Shown: positions 23,871-37,460, numbered from the stretch's first letter. The stretch is 64,000 bases of DNA from Octopus sinensis (GCF_006345805.1 NC_043001.1:64046001-64110000); one strand, 5' to 3'. The notes: generated from the letters alone by a model not told the origin. Program-made: numbers and translations.

Positions 23871-25249
23871 CAGGGACATAGTAAGTCTTATTGCCTCGAA
23901 AGCCTGGCCAGAATTGTTTAAGCTTCGCGCGTTCCTGGTGACAAGGTGACGGTGTGTATCTAAGCGCGGGTTGAACGACAGTTAGCTGTGCTAACCAAAT
24001 CACGTGTAGCGGCACAAGCAGCCAGCGCCCTATTGCATGAGATCTCGCTGCAGCCATTTCCATCTCCGGGACTGGAGCGCGACCTCACCTGCATCTATGT
24101 GCCATGCCCGAGATCTCAACGAGGCTCGCAATGGAAACTATATAAACGGGAAACCGTTTCAGACCTTCACAGCAGCACTGGCTGAACACCACCACTGGTT
24201 GAGGCTTTCTGCCTGTCTATCTCCAGAGGCAATGCGCCCACACTGACGGAGCTTAAGATGGTAGCTGAGAGCAGCACACTTCACCTTTCCTGTAAATAAA
24301 CCAGTTGTAAATAGCAGTTGTACTTAAAGTCTTTTCTCTTCGCCTGCCGGAAGCCTGAACTACATAAAGAACAAGAAGATGATGGAAGGAGGCGATATTC
24401 CTCCGATATCGTAAGCCTTGCCTTCTATTATTAAACACGCATACATAGATATTGTTCCGCCAAAATGAAATAGTTCTCTTACAAATGCCCCCACCCCGCT
24501 TAGACCGAAAGGGCGATGAAAAAGGAGAACAAGACAAAAGAAAATGACAAAAAGGAAACTGAAGGAAGTTCTTCGTAGCTTGCTGCCCGGAAAGATGGTC
24601 TCCGCAAGACAGCAAGCGAAACTTGACGTGCAAACGTGTAAGAGAGTGTAATGTTGGCTGCTGAGACATAAACAGTGCCAAGATTTGCCTGCAGGAGCAG
24701 TGGGTCGCTTGCAGAGGCAAAAGAGTTGTGAGTCTGCAAGAGCGGCGAGTCACTTGCAAAGGCTGATAGCCTGCTAGCTGAAGGGTGAATGAATTAAATA
24801 CAGGAAGAATGAAGCATACAAAAAAAATATGCGACTGTAACTGCTGGAAGCACTGTGAAACAACACCGATTGCAGAGTTTGATGCAGTATCCCCCGTCGA
24901 AAGTTGTGCATCGGAGACTAGGCATGTAAGGCGAGAAGCTGAGTAGGTGTTTCACTGAATCAAAAGGCATGTTACAGAGTGTATGCACATGGGAGTATTA
25001 AAAATGCAACAAAATGAACAGAAAAGCTCATGGTGAAGTTGAGATATATGAAAGAAACAAAAAACAAGAAAACATGCACAATGTTCAGTTCGTTGAATAA
25101 GTGCTCCAATGAATGCTGTTAAGAAATGCATGGTTGGTAATAAAACATCGCGTTTCGGGTTAAGAATCTGTTTGAAGTGCCGTCCATCTGTGTGGTGCTC
25201 ATAGTGACTGAACTTTACTGTATGAGGATACAAAATTGGTTGCTGTACA

Positions 25250-26564
25250 GATGTTGCAGGAACAATTTGAAATTAGCGTTGAAGCCGTGGCAGTGGTGAT
25301 ATTAGCGCTGTGGTCTGGTACGAAGGCCGAAGCGGTGACGGCATTAGCGGTGTTGATGATAGCGCTGTTGGTATGCATAACTATCACTAAAGTGGTGAAC
25401 CCGACGTCGGAGATTTGCATTTAAATCACTAGGGAGTAATTTCAAATCCAGCCTTGACTCGCTGTGTCAATCATGGCTTGTGACTTTTGGCAACCTCGTC
25501 AAAAATTTTTCCCTGGCCATTCACATTCTTTCTTACGCCGCAATATTCACCACGTGGCGAGCAAAACATACACGAACATCGCCGGTAAAATTTGGCAAGG
25601 AGTTGCTACCTATGATGGAAGAACAGTACAACACTTGAATAAGAAGAAAATCAAAACTAGCAGCTAGGAACACCGGATCTCTCGAAGAAGAAAAGGAAGA
25701 AATATGTCCTCCTACTTGAAAAATGAAAGGTTTTGTTCGTCTAGAGATGAACTGGTGAGAAAAGAAGAAGTCTTTCATCGAAGTTGGCCGACCTGCTGGA
25801 ATGAGGCTTGGAATCACCGAAGTGTTATGAAAATCATTAAGTCACCGCACATGGAAAATTCAAGACAGTCGAATTCAATGGAGAAGTCTCGAGATTTGGC
25901 GCGCATATCACTGTGCATGCTCAGATAGGCAAATTTGCGAGAAAAACCAACGAGAAAGATGAAGATAGGCGCCATGTTGGACGAGGCTCCGGGGTGTATT
26001 TGAAGTACTACTGGCATAAAACGCTGACAGTCGAAATTGTGGGAGAAAAAATATTTCAAATTGAAATTATTTGAAAGAACACCGTGTATGTCCTTGAAAG
26101 AAGAATGCATAACCTATTAGGTATAAGTTTGAGATGAAGACGACGAATTCCAGATGTTCAGTTGAACAAGAGAAAAATATTCTTACGTCGGAGTTACCAA
26201 TTTTTTGTGGAGAAGCAGCAAATTATCATCTGAGGTTTTCAATAAGTTGAGACAAATAACTCTAAGAAAGTCAGAAGCTCAGAAGGTTAAATACCAGATT
26301 AATAATTTATTATAAATTGAATTCGTGAAGGACAAAAATTGAAACTTGTCAGCATGCTGAATATATTATCAAAAAATATGGTTTAGTGGTGTTCAAGGCT
26401 AACAGAATAAACGTCCAGAATACTTTTCAAAAGGTGGCAATTTCAAATTGTGTTTGCGTGGCATATTACAAAATATACACTTAAAGTATTTCACAAGGAT
26501 AAGAATCAGAAGCATGGTAAATGCCTGAGCAGTTACATTATCCAATAGGTTTTAGAATGTTCAT
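25250..26564 (+). pseudogene. Highly decayed piggyBac-like transposase (continues at 36002-36055 beyond the hAT insertion)
   Basis: Scattered motifs resembling piggyBac: acidic N-terminus, KTLTVE (for LTVDE), PIRYKF (for KPIRFGYKF) and SMLNI. Very degraded. Confidence 0.45.
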
Positions 26565-27240
26565 CAGTGGAGCAAAAGAGGCACTTTTTACACAGATTTT
26601 CGAAATATGTTTTTAAGGCTATATCTTTTATTGCGAAATCCTTTAAAAACAACTGTGTTAAAATCTGAAGCTCTTAAATTTACATCTTCAGGTTCCGCAG
26701 TTCACTTGAAATTTTGAATAACGCGCAAAAAATCAATTTATAACATATTTGACGTTCCTCAGTTTATTTTTTACATTCATTATTACGAATCAATTTTCTT
26801 ATGCGAATTTTTTTAAAAACAAGAATTAAAATTTCAAGCTCTAAAATTTATATCTTCATGCTCTGCAATGCACTTGAAATTTCGAAATTATGTGAAATAA
26901 ATAGACTTTACGACGTTGTTTTCTTTATTATTTTTAATACTAGGTCACCAAATATATGTGTTACATGAGGTCTACATTAAGTTAAAATTACGTGTAAACT
27001 AATTTTTGATCCTTGATACATTTTGGTGATAAAAATTATTAACATTTCCAAATTATTCGAAATAATTTCATGTAACTAAATAATACGAATCGTTGTAGTA
27101 CATTCTTTTTCGTTCCAGTAATAAAGCCAATTTATTTGTTTTCGTAGATGAGAATTAGCATCTCACTCTCAAATAAAGAATGGAACAGTCAAAGATTTGT
27201 TGTTTTGGAAATCGCTAAACAATTCCAATTGATTTTTTTC

Positions 27241-28152
27241 TGTAGCGTTTGGTGAAACACATCCCCTCTCTCTGACATAAATAATACAAATAACGTCGTG
27301 GCAGATAGCAGCCATCCTTCGGTTGCTTAGGACAGGTTGTGTCCGCTGCCTGATTGGTTGGTTTTGGTGCAGTTTTATTTCGCGCCAATGTGTAAACCAA
27401 CCAATCGCAGCCTTCAGTTAAGGCCACGTTTTTCTTATGCATTGTTTGAGCCCTTTAAAATGGCTAGATCGACAGACCATTTCGTCTTTGGTCCTAGACC
27501 AGTGACCACAGAGCATCCAGCGACAGACCAGCCATGTTCTAGCGACTCAACCAGTTCCAGTGACAGACAGCGACGACACCAACATGCAGCATTTCTGGAC
27601 TTTTCTCCACCGTTACCATCACCATCGTCGACTTCACTTTAACGCCGTCACCACCACCGTGGCCTTAGCTTATCGACATCACCAACATGTCTACGTACAT
27701 ACCAACCAATATCGTTCCAGGTTTAACTTCACGCTGTTGTGAATATTCACCAAGGTTAACAGCTCAGCTCTACCTGCGAGATCTTCTGTACCAAAGTAAC
27801 TCGGCATAGGATTGAAGCCTCAACCGCTTCACGACATGTGTTCAACTGGCTCTCCGCTTTGCCACCAACCTCTCTGTTACAGAACTAAGAATACACTATT
27901 GTTTGTACTTACAACGAACACACAGACACACACTTACGTCGCACTCATAGACAAACACTTTGCTCCTCACGAACACATCTGTAAATAAAGTCTTTTCTCT
28001 TATACATTATACGGTTGTGTTTCTCCTTATTCCTTACTGGCACCCTTTATTCATTTATACATTATATTTTGGCTTATATTTGTAAGGTGACCGTGCGGCG
28101 TTTAAAAGGAGACATTTCGTCACCATCTCCTTTACGTACGGTCGTCTCTACA
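27241..28152 (+). mobile_element. Solo LTR, family A
   Basis: TGTAG...CTACA termini and colinear homology to 8125-9093. No clean TSD (TTTC versus TACC). Confidence 0.8.
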
Positions 28153-28576
28153 TACCTTTCAATCTGAAGAGCTTTTTTGTCTCGAATACCTGAAATTTTT
28201 CTCTTGATTCGATTCGACTCCTAATGAAACCGTTTCGACCGTTCTTACCAAAAAAGTTATATAATGCTTCTGTTATGAGTTTTTACACATCTCTCCAAAG
28301 ATTGGGTGTGGCACAATGATTTTTCCAGTTGCACCAAATGCCGCTGTTGAATGAAAATGCGTGTGTTAGAGGTGGCGCAGTAACAATAGTCCATGCAGTT
28401 TGAGACAGCAAAGTTTAGGATAGGAATTTTGAAAGTTTGAGCTTTCTTTATGCGCCTCCATGCTAGTTCTCGAATGTGGCAACCTACAACTATCATGGTT
28501 ACTGTCTCATTGGTTTCCAAATAATTTAACAAACCATCGGAAACGGCTTTTGCAGATCCCTGTTTTCATAGCAAAG

Positions 28577-31500
28577 TGTAGTGACACCAAGTTTCAGACG
28601 CCATTTTGGGATGTTAATCTGCGCATGTGCAAGGAATAGTGTCTTCCGGTAGGCTTGCCGGAAGTCCCTTATGTGAATGTGCAGTAATCAGCAGCAGCTA
28701 ACTTTTACCGCTATTCTGTCTTTTGCTTTCTGCTACCGAGAGAGACAGACGCAAACCAGACAGGTTCCGTGTGAAGACAACAGACGCAAACCAGATAAGC
28801 TCCGTGTGAAGGCGAATACGACTTGGCGAGTTGTGAAGAATGCTTTCAACAATTGTGATTTAAACCGACTCTGCTATTTCCTACCCCAAGCGTCCATGCT
28901 ACCGATGTCTAGAGATGAAATGCTTATTTCGGCGAAAATAAATTATTATTGTTATTCGTTCGGAGATTCGTGTTCCTGCTATTTTCCCTTTCTACAACTA
29001 TGTAAAGAGATGTGACGCACCCTACAAGTGCGAATATCACATAAAAATTCCACAAATTGGTGATCCCGCGAAGAACATTAGCAGAAACAGATTCTCTAGC
29101 GCCAGTTTTCACAATTATGAATAGAAAAAAACGGAGCTTATGCACTGACGCCGAAATCACAAGTCTGTCGGCCTCGCGCTATTTCTTCAACCGACATCCA
29201 GCCGCCACAATTTCGACAGAGGAAAACATCAACGCCGACACCACGTGCTCATTAATCATGGTTGTGGAACCATCTTTCTTTCAACCACATTCTTCTATAC
29301 GGTTTTTTTCTTTTCAGCTGCTATTTTTAGCAGTGACATTATCTTTTGAATTTCGTCTTCTTGAAACATTTATTTTTTTTTTGCCAGCTTCTTAAGAAGA
29401 AAAAAAAATAATAGCAGAACAACTTTAAAACACAAAACACAGTACACACGCGCACACTAACATTCTGGTGTTTTTCTTGTTTCTCATATATTTTTTTTCA
29501 GCGCGACGAAGGTTGGTGAATTTTTCCCTCCTGCTTATAGTACACAAATCAAAAGAAAAAAAAATGTTTCTTAAGATATATTTTTTCTTCTTTGTTTTGT
29601 GCACACACTGCTCCACAAAATTTAAAAAAAAACATTTCTGTCGGTTCACTGGTTGGTTTCTTTATTTCTCGTGTTTCATCTCGGAGAATTTGCTGTTTTT
29701 TCCTCATCGCCACTTTCTACTCGTTTTTCTCTAAGAGTCATTGGAAAAACCTGAATACACATCATGTCCCTGCCATCGTTACCTTTGTTTACAGGGGATC
29801 CAGCTCTGTGGTTTGCATAAATTGAGGCTTATTTTTCGGCTCATGGCATTTCCCCCGCGCAACAATTGTAGTTATTGTATTGTGGAATGCCCGCACCACT
29901 CGCCACCTCTGCTAGGGATCTAGTTACAGATCCTAGCCCAGACGCCACTTATGCGTTCGTTAAAGCGGAAATATTACGCCGCAACACCAGGTCTGAGGAG
30001 AGCGTTTCAATGAATTAATGGCGGATGAGGAGTTGGGGGACAGAATCCCGTCGCAGTTTTTGCGCAGATTACGTGAGTTGAGCGGTGACTCAACTGATGC
30101 GCCACTGTTACGCACAATTTTCTTTTCCAGATTGCCCTCCAATATACGGACGATTTTGGCCACGGCTCTTGAACACAACACCATGGACCAGATTTCCACG
30201 ATGGCAGATCAAATTTTAGAACTTTCCGGCCAGCCATCGTCGTGTGGCGCGTGCGTTTGTACAGAGGCCCCTTCGACAGCCTCAGTTAAATCCTATCCTG
30301 TGTCACATGACGCCATTTTCGACAAACTTGACGCGTTCACGCGACGTATGGATAAGCTATGCCGGGAAAATAGGCGTTTTTCGCGAAGTCGGAGTCGTTC
30401 TGCTTCTCGTGCCTCTAGGCCACGTTCCGGGCTGTGCTGGTACCATTCCATATTTGCTGATAAAGCACGCAAGTGCATCCAGCCGTGCAGTTTTAAGCTT
30501 TTGGGAAATTAGTTTCGGAGGAGTTGGGCACGGCATCTTCCTCCTTTTCCCTTCCTACTTATCGTGCATTCTTTGTTAAAGAAATTCTTCATGGTTGACA
30601 CCGGTTCTTGTTGTAGCATTTGGCCTCTTCGTCTCACTGGAGACAAGCCTAAGCGTTCTTCCATTGTTTTGCACGCTATTGACTCGTCTCCCATAGCTAC
30701 TTTTGGTCAGGTTTCTTTACGCCTCGATATTCATCTTCGTCGAGACTTTCAATGGGTTTTTGTTGTTGCTGATTTCTTGAATAATTTTAATCTATTGTTA
30801 GATGTCAAGCGTTGGAGGCTTCTCGAGGGTACTACGTCGCTCTCCCCGCCGACTAGAGGTTCTACCAATGCGGTTCTTAGCTCGACATTTTTTGTTGCCA
30901 CCTCTGGAAATGGTTTTCATTCTCTTTTGACTCCTTTTCCGGAGCTAGTGGACATTACCTTTCAGCCGGCAAAGCCTGCCCACTCGATCCTCCATTTTAT
31001 CACCACTACTGGGCCGCCTGTTTTTTCGCGCTCACGGCGTCTTGTGCCTGACCGTCTCAAAACGGCTAGGGCCGAGTTTGAGCACATGCTTCAGCTTGGC
31101 CTGATACGCCCCTCCACCATCCCATGGGCGTCTCCCCTTCAGTTGGCGCGAAAAGGGGAGTCTGATTTTCGCCCGGTAGGAGATTATAGACGCTTCAACG
31201 CAGACCGCTACCCAATATGGAATCTTATCTTCAGGACTTTTAAGCGAATCTTTTATGGCTGTATCAATTTTTCAAAAGTTGACCTCATTCGTGCTTATCA
31301 CCAGATACCGGTCAACCCAGCCGATGTTCCGAAGACTGCTATTACCACTCCTTTTGGGTGTCTTGAGTTTCTCTATATGAGTTTTGGTTTGCGGAACGCT
31401 ACCAGCACGTTCGAGCGGTTTATTGATGAAGTTGTCCGCGGTCTTGATTTGTGTTTGCTTATGTTGATGAAATACTCATTGCGAGCGACACCCGTGAAAA

Positions 31501-34500
31501 TCACCGGCACTTGTCTCAGTTCTTTCAGCGTCTTCGCGCCTATAGTGTACGCATTAATCCCGACAAGTGTGTTTTCGGACAATCTTCTCTAGACTCTTTA
31601 GGTCATCATATTGACTCGAGTGGCATCAGACCTCTGTCGTCAAAAGTCGATGCCATTCAACGCATCGCACTTCCTTCTTCCTTGCGTCAGTTGAGACATC
31701 ATCTCGGCATGGTTAATTTCTACCGACGTTTTATACCCGGGTGTGCGGATAAGCTACTTTCTCTGACTCAGCTGCTAAAGGGCACCTCTAAAAAGGACGG
31801 TCCACTCACCCTCTTTGCTGAAGCATTATCTGCTTTCATGTCCATCAAGAAGGAATTAGCTTCTGTCCCGTTGCTTGCACATCCGGTTCCCGATGCTTCA
31901 CTCTCGTTAACAGTGGATGCATCGGACACTGCAATCGGTGCTGTGCTGCAACACACAGTGGACGATCAGACTCGACCTCTGGCTTTCTTTTCTTGCCAGT
32001 TACAACCAGCTGAGCGGCGGTACAGCACCTTTGATCGCGAACTATTGGCGATCTACCTGTCAATTCGTCATGTTCAACATCAACTCAAAGGGCGAGATTT
32101 TGTGATCTATACTGATTACAAGCCTCTTACGTTTGCCCTATCGTCTAAGACGGACAAACTCTCGCCTCGTGCTTTCCGTCACTTGGATTTTATTTCACAG
32201 TTTACCAGTGACATGCGTCACATACCTGGAAAAGAGAACGTTCCTGATGACGCTATTTCTCGTCTTCCAGTCTGTTCTCTTTCATCTAACTTCGCCAAGG
32301 TTTTCTTGTTGCCAATTTGCTGAAGGCACTATTCTTTGTGATACCTCTACTGGTCCTCCCAGGCCACTCGTGCCTGAGAATCCCCAACGCTCAGTGTTTG
32401 ACGCCCTGCACTCTTTGTCGCATCCGGGCATCACTGCCACACTTAAGCTCGGTTTTTCTGGCCAAATATGCGTCGCACAATTACTTCTTGGACACGTAGT
32501 CGTTCCAAGTGCCAACGCTCCAAGATCTAACGGCACATTCGTGCTCCGCTTGGACAGTTTTCTCCTCCAGAGGCCTATTTTCGCCATGTCCATATTGACC
32601 TGGTTGGACCATGGCCTGTGAGTCGCGGGTTCTTTTATCCCTTGACCTGTGTCGATCGCTTCTCCCGTTGGTCAGAAGCCATTCCAATAGCAGACATTTC
32701 TGCTAAATCTGTTGCTCAAGCTTTTGTCTCTAACTGGATTTCCCGCTTCGGAGTTCCGTCCAGCTTAACTACTGAAGCTTCTTTATTTCGTGAATTGTCA
32801 CGAATTCTAGGTGTGCATCCTATTCGCACGACCAGTTACCATCCAGCTTCCAACGGGATGGTCGAACGGTTTCATAGACAGCTCAAGGCCGCTCTACGTG
32901 CCTCTCCAGATCCGCAGTCCTGGACTGAATTTCTGCCAATCCTGCTTTTTGGCTGTCGTACAGGCAGATCTGGGTTTCACAGAGCTGCTGTTTGGTACCA
33001 CACTCGCATTGTCTGGTACGATGTTGGTACCAGACATTTTACAACTTAATAATCTGGCGTCATACATCGCCAGACTTCGCACCTATTTTTCTAATCTTCC
33101 GCCCATGGATTCCCGGGACCAATCTTCACCTTCTCATGTCCCATCAGATATTGACTCTTGGTCGCATGTTTTTGTTCGAGATAACTCTATCAAGGGACCT
33201 CTTGTTTCTCCTTTCGTGTGCTTTCTCGCACACCCAAAGTTTTTACAATCGATATGAATGGTCGTATGGAGACCGTTTCTGTAGATCGACTTAAAAGAGC
33301 ATATTTTGAGGTGTCCACATCTTTCGATGACACCGCTGCCACGCCCACTATTGAACCTACACGTGCACCTTTGCCAACACCATCACCTACACATGCACCT
33401 TTGACAACACCAGCACCTAAAACACCACCTTCGTCGTCGCAACCTGCCTCGAGCAGACCCTATGTCATCAGGACTGACCGAACTGTTCAGTGGCCCAAGA
33501 AACTTTTGACATTTTCTATTGTGTGTTCGTGTCTACGAACTTGTAGAGCGACCGTACGTAAAGGGGGTGGTGACGAAATGTCTCCTTTTTGAACGCCGCA
33601 CGGTCGCCTACAAAAGAAGCCAAAGATACATGGAATAAAAGAATACCAATACCAATCAGAACAGCGGACACAACTGGTCCTAGGCAGCCGAAGGATGGCT
33701 GTTAACTGACACGTCCTCATTTGCGTGATATCTCTCAGAGAGGGATAATGTATATTACAAACGCTTTGTAGAAGACAAAAGAGACATTAGTTATAGACGA
33801 TAGACATGGCCGTCGTGCATACATAATGTGTACGTGTGTACAAACAGGTGTTCTCTTGCATACTGGACATTTCAATGTTTTGTTATTGAACATTTCTTGA
33901 AGAAAATTTTTTTCTTTTGCATGCTCATTTATATTGTAATTCTTTTTTTCTTTTTGAGTTATCATATTTTGTGCCACATCTTGTAGGTGATCGGTAGCCA
34001 TCTTGCTTCTGGTCGCACTACAATCTTTATATTTTCGTGCTCCGCACTCAAGGAGAAGCCTTGTAGTAACGCCAGGTTTCAGACGCCATTTTGGGATGTT
34101 CATCTGCGCATGTGCAAGGATTAGTGTATTCCGGTAGGCCTGCCGGATGTCCCTTATGCGCATGTGCAGTAACCATCAGCAGCTAACTATTCTGTCTTTT
34201 GCTTTCTGCTACCGAGAGAGACAGACGCAAACCAGACAGGTTCCGTGTGAAGGCAACAGACGCAAACCAGATAAGCTCCGTGTGAAGGCGAATACGACTT
34301 GGTGAGTTGTGAAGAATGCTTTCAACAGTTGTGATTTAAACCGACTCTGCTGTTTCCTACCCCAGGCGTCCATGCTACCGATGTCCAGAGATGAAATGCT
34401 TATTTCGGCGAAAATAAATTATTATTGTTATTCGTTCGGAGATTCGTGTTCCTGCTATTTTCCCTTTCTACAACTATGTAAAGAGATGTGACGCACCCTA

Positions 34501-34530
34501 CAAGTGCGAATATCACGTAAAAATCCTACA
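28577..34530 (+). mobile_element. Gypsy 2 (CsRn1-like) LTR retrotransposon, structurally complete but decayed
   Basis: LTRs 28577-29054 and 34062-34530, TSD AAAG, PBS TGGTGATCCCG at 29058 (tRNA-Trp-like), PPT AAGGAGAAG. Gag ELGDRIPSQFLR and CHCC motif CWYHSIFADKARKCIQPC. Pol MVDTG, DLIRAYHQIP, FGLRNA, YVDEIL, VDASD, CVDRFSRW and GMVERFHR. Confidence 0.95.
33542..33765 (-). mobile_element. Internally deleted family A LTR inside the Gypsy 2 3' UTR
   Basis: Matches, in opposite orientation, the last ~75 bp and first ~120 bp of 27241-28152, joined directly. Confidence 0.75.
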
Positions 34531-36099
34531 AAAGTGTCCAAGACAGCGGAACTCAGGTTCTTCTATCAATGAAATGTGTTCTCCCTGAATTGTTTTCTCA
34601 CCCATTTTTTTCCCATTTATGGGGGTTGTCTCCCTCCTTCCATCAAAATACACGGCAGACAACGGTTTATGTGGCCTACGTTCCTGCTGCAGGGATTTAC
34701 ATTTATCTGGATCGTTCCGCCTTACTTTCGATCTGTCTATAACGAAGAAACATTTACCAGATGTACTTGCCGTTAAGTTTCTGATGACCGAACTTGTAAC
34801 AAGAGCAGCAGCACGGGCTGACATACCGGTGCTGTTACAGGCAGGAGCTAGTTCTGGGAATTTCATTTGTTTTATTGGTGCTTTTGAACTTACGTTTTTG
34901 CTGACGTCTTTTCGTTTCATGGAAAATGGAATTGGAAAATCTTCATCTTCGCCTGCTGATCCATTTCCAGATTCACTGTTTGATGAAAACGCTATCAATT
35001 CAGAATCCTTTGCTAACATAGAGGGATGACTGTGATCTGACCGATACTTTCTAATCAACTTCTGATTGAACTACTCCGCCAATGATCATTTTTCGATTTG
35101 CCCATTGATCCTGTTCTCTCTGTGGTATTTCTTTGTCTCTACTACAACTGCAGTTTTTAAATGAGTTGCACTTGCAACAGGAAATGTCAAATCTTTTGCT
35201 GCATTGTTTTTAAACACATTACACTTTATTTGAAAAGATGGGGCACTTTTTTTTATTGTTCACAGATTTTAGTAATGCTTGGTACTTTGGATAAAAGTTT
35301 AAGATTTTCGGTTTAACTGACTCAGTCATAACACAAGGGATGGATGCCTTTTGCCAAAGAAGAATTATCTTTCTGCTACAATTTCGACAATTTGTTTAAT
35401 TGAAGGATCTTTCTTAACTACATTCTTTTTTTTCTCTCGTTCAAATAAAACACATTTTAGAATGTCCTTGTAAGTTGGCAAAACTCGTTTGCTAAGATCA
35501 CACGGAGTACCAAATATTGGGCATTCAGTATCATGACGCGTTATTGGCTTGTTAGTCATCACTAAATGTAAACAACACTAAATTTAACACGATCGTTAAT
35601 TTTAATACAATGACCTAAAGTCAAGGTGCAAAGAAGAAAACTTCACACCCGTACGACGTACGTTCTAACGCAACGGCCGTTGCGGCGGCACTGGAGATAA
35701 GTTCACACCCCAGAATATTAGTCAATTGTATAGAAAATTGGTACACAACTTTCTAAGGATATTATATTTACTGTTTTGCATTCTGCTATGAAGAAATATG
35801 TATTCGTTACAACTTATAATTCCTGAAATCCAAAATTCGACCAAAAATAGCGATTTAAAAAATTTTCAATTGCCATTGCGGAGCCCGAAAAAAATATTTA
35901 ACCATAAAGTTCTTTATACACTTTTGTTTTATCCCTAATTCGCAACAAAATATCGATTCTTGGTTACCAATTTCGAAAGTTGCATTTTTCGCTCCACCCT
36001 AATGTACATCCCTTAGTAAAGTTACACGTAGTTGTGAGTTCCGTAAAAAAAATGTAACATCACCATCATCATCATTATTATTATTATTATTATCATTAA

Positions 36100-36300
36100 G
36101 GCAGCGAGCTGGCAGAAATGGTAGCGTGTCGGACAAAATGCTTGGCAGCATTTCATCCGTCTTTATGTTCAGAGTTCAAATCCTGCCAAGGCTGACTTTC
36201 AGAGTCAATAAAACAAGTACCAGTTGAGCACTGGGTCGATGTAATCATCTTATCCCCTGCTCCAAATTTCTTGGCCTTCTGCCAAAATTAGAAATCATCA
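36100..36300 (+). mobile_element. SINE family 2 (tRNA-like head, (ATC)n tail)
   Basis: GGCAGCGAGCTGGCAGAA head, GAGTTCAAATCC B box and AAGTACCAGTTGAGCACTGGGTCGAT domain. Homologues at 37306 and 61462. Confidence 0.75.
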
Positions 36301-36336
36301 TCATCATTATCATCGTCGTCGTCGCCGTGGTCGTCG

Positions 36337-36338
<2 letters not shown>

Positions 36339-36371
<33 letters not shown>

Positions 36372-37200
36372 GAAAACTCACTGCTTATTTTGCTGGTATG
36401 ATGGAAAGTGTCAGCTGTCCACAGCCAGCAGACTAAGGCGATACTTGTTTACTCGTCATGCTTCAAGAACTCTGCGAAGAATTCTTGCAGTTCCAAGCGA
36501 TGCTGATTTTTGTAGGTGTTCTACTTTCACTCATGCACCGAACTTCTTCAGCCAGTAGCTGAGTGCTGTTAGTTCCAAGTGCATCAGTTACTACTGATAT
36601 TACGTCTGCTCTCTTCATTGACCACAACCTCTGTATTTCCCACTTCAAATCGTCATAGTTGTTTATTTCTTCTTCGTTCACATTGATCCTGTTGTCACCG
36701 GGGCATGCTATGTTGATTACCATGCATGTTCTTTCTCTTTGTTTTTCATCACAACAATGTCGCTTTCCGATGTCTGGTCGGGTGAATCATTACAATTCTC
36801 ATTTTCGGCAACTCCTGGAGTTTGCTCATATCACGTTTTTGCTCTTAGTAGGCTACGATTTCCAAAGAGCTCCCAATTGATCATTCTTGTCACATTGTCA
36901 TGTCGTCTTTTATATTCGCGTTGTGATAATTTTGGACATTCGCTAACGATGTGCCATACCGTTTCACCTCTCTCACCACATTTTCTGCATTTAACGCTAT
37001 CAGTAGTGTTGTCTATTCTGCACTTCACATAGTTGGTCCTTAACCCTTGTTCTTGAGCTGCGCATGTGAGTGCTTCTGCCTATATCTTCATGTCCCTCCT
37101 ACTCATCCATAGCCACCAATCTTCTGTATCTGTCTTGGCGTTTGTATCTCTTGCAAACTGACCGTACATTTTACCTTCCATGCTTTATCTTTTTTTTTTG
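36339..37200 (-). mobile_element. R4/Dong-like RLE non-LTR retrotransposon, 3' fragment with (TAA)n tail
   Basis: CRKCGERGETVWHIVSECPKLSQREYKRRHDNV, then RPDI...INIACPGD...YDDLKWEI...ALG (CCHC plus restriction-like endonuclease). Confidence 0.85.
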
Positions 37201-37227
37201 TTCATTTTCTGTTTAAACTATTCTTTC

Positions 37228-37232
37228 AGTCG

Positions 37233-37302
<70 letters not shown>
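37228..37302. repeat. (GTCATC)n/(ATC)n microsatellite
   Basis: Directly visible. Confidence 0.95.
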
Positions 37303-37305
37303 TAA

Positions 37306-37460
37306 GGCAGCAAGCTGGCAGAACTGATAGCACACCGAACAAATGCTTAGCAGCATTTCATCCGTCTTTACGTTTTGAGTTTGAATTCTGCCAAGGTTGA
37401 CTTTACCTTTCATCCTCTCAGTGTCAATAAAGTATCAGTTGAGCCCTGGGGGTCGATTTT
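37306..37460 (+). mobile_element. SINE family 2, 3'-truncated
   Basis: Colinear with 36100-36245. Confidence 0.75.

Larger units (their letters stand above)
26565..36001 (-). mobile_element. hAT-superfamily DNA transposon (hATm-like) hosting nested LTR insertions
   Basis: TIR TAGGGTGGAGCGAAAAATGCAACTTT ends at 36001, with a degenerate partner CAGTGGAGCAAAAGAGGCACTTTT at 26565. 8-bp TSD ATGTTCAT/ATGTACAT. Transposase motifs LPTYKDIL, WQKASIP, YFDGRRETT, EHISLIEEP, LGH, VVGC and CHTQSLERCVK at 34535-35560 and 28160-28572. Confidence 0.85.

Noticed and set aside
23870-25240. Several 60-170 aa ORFs; faint resemblance to an L1/Tx1 C-terminus on the minus strand
   Set aside because: Similarity is too weak to call by eye and needs a translated search against repeat proteins.
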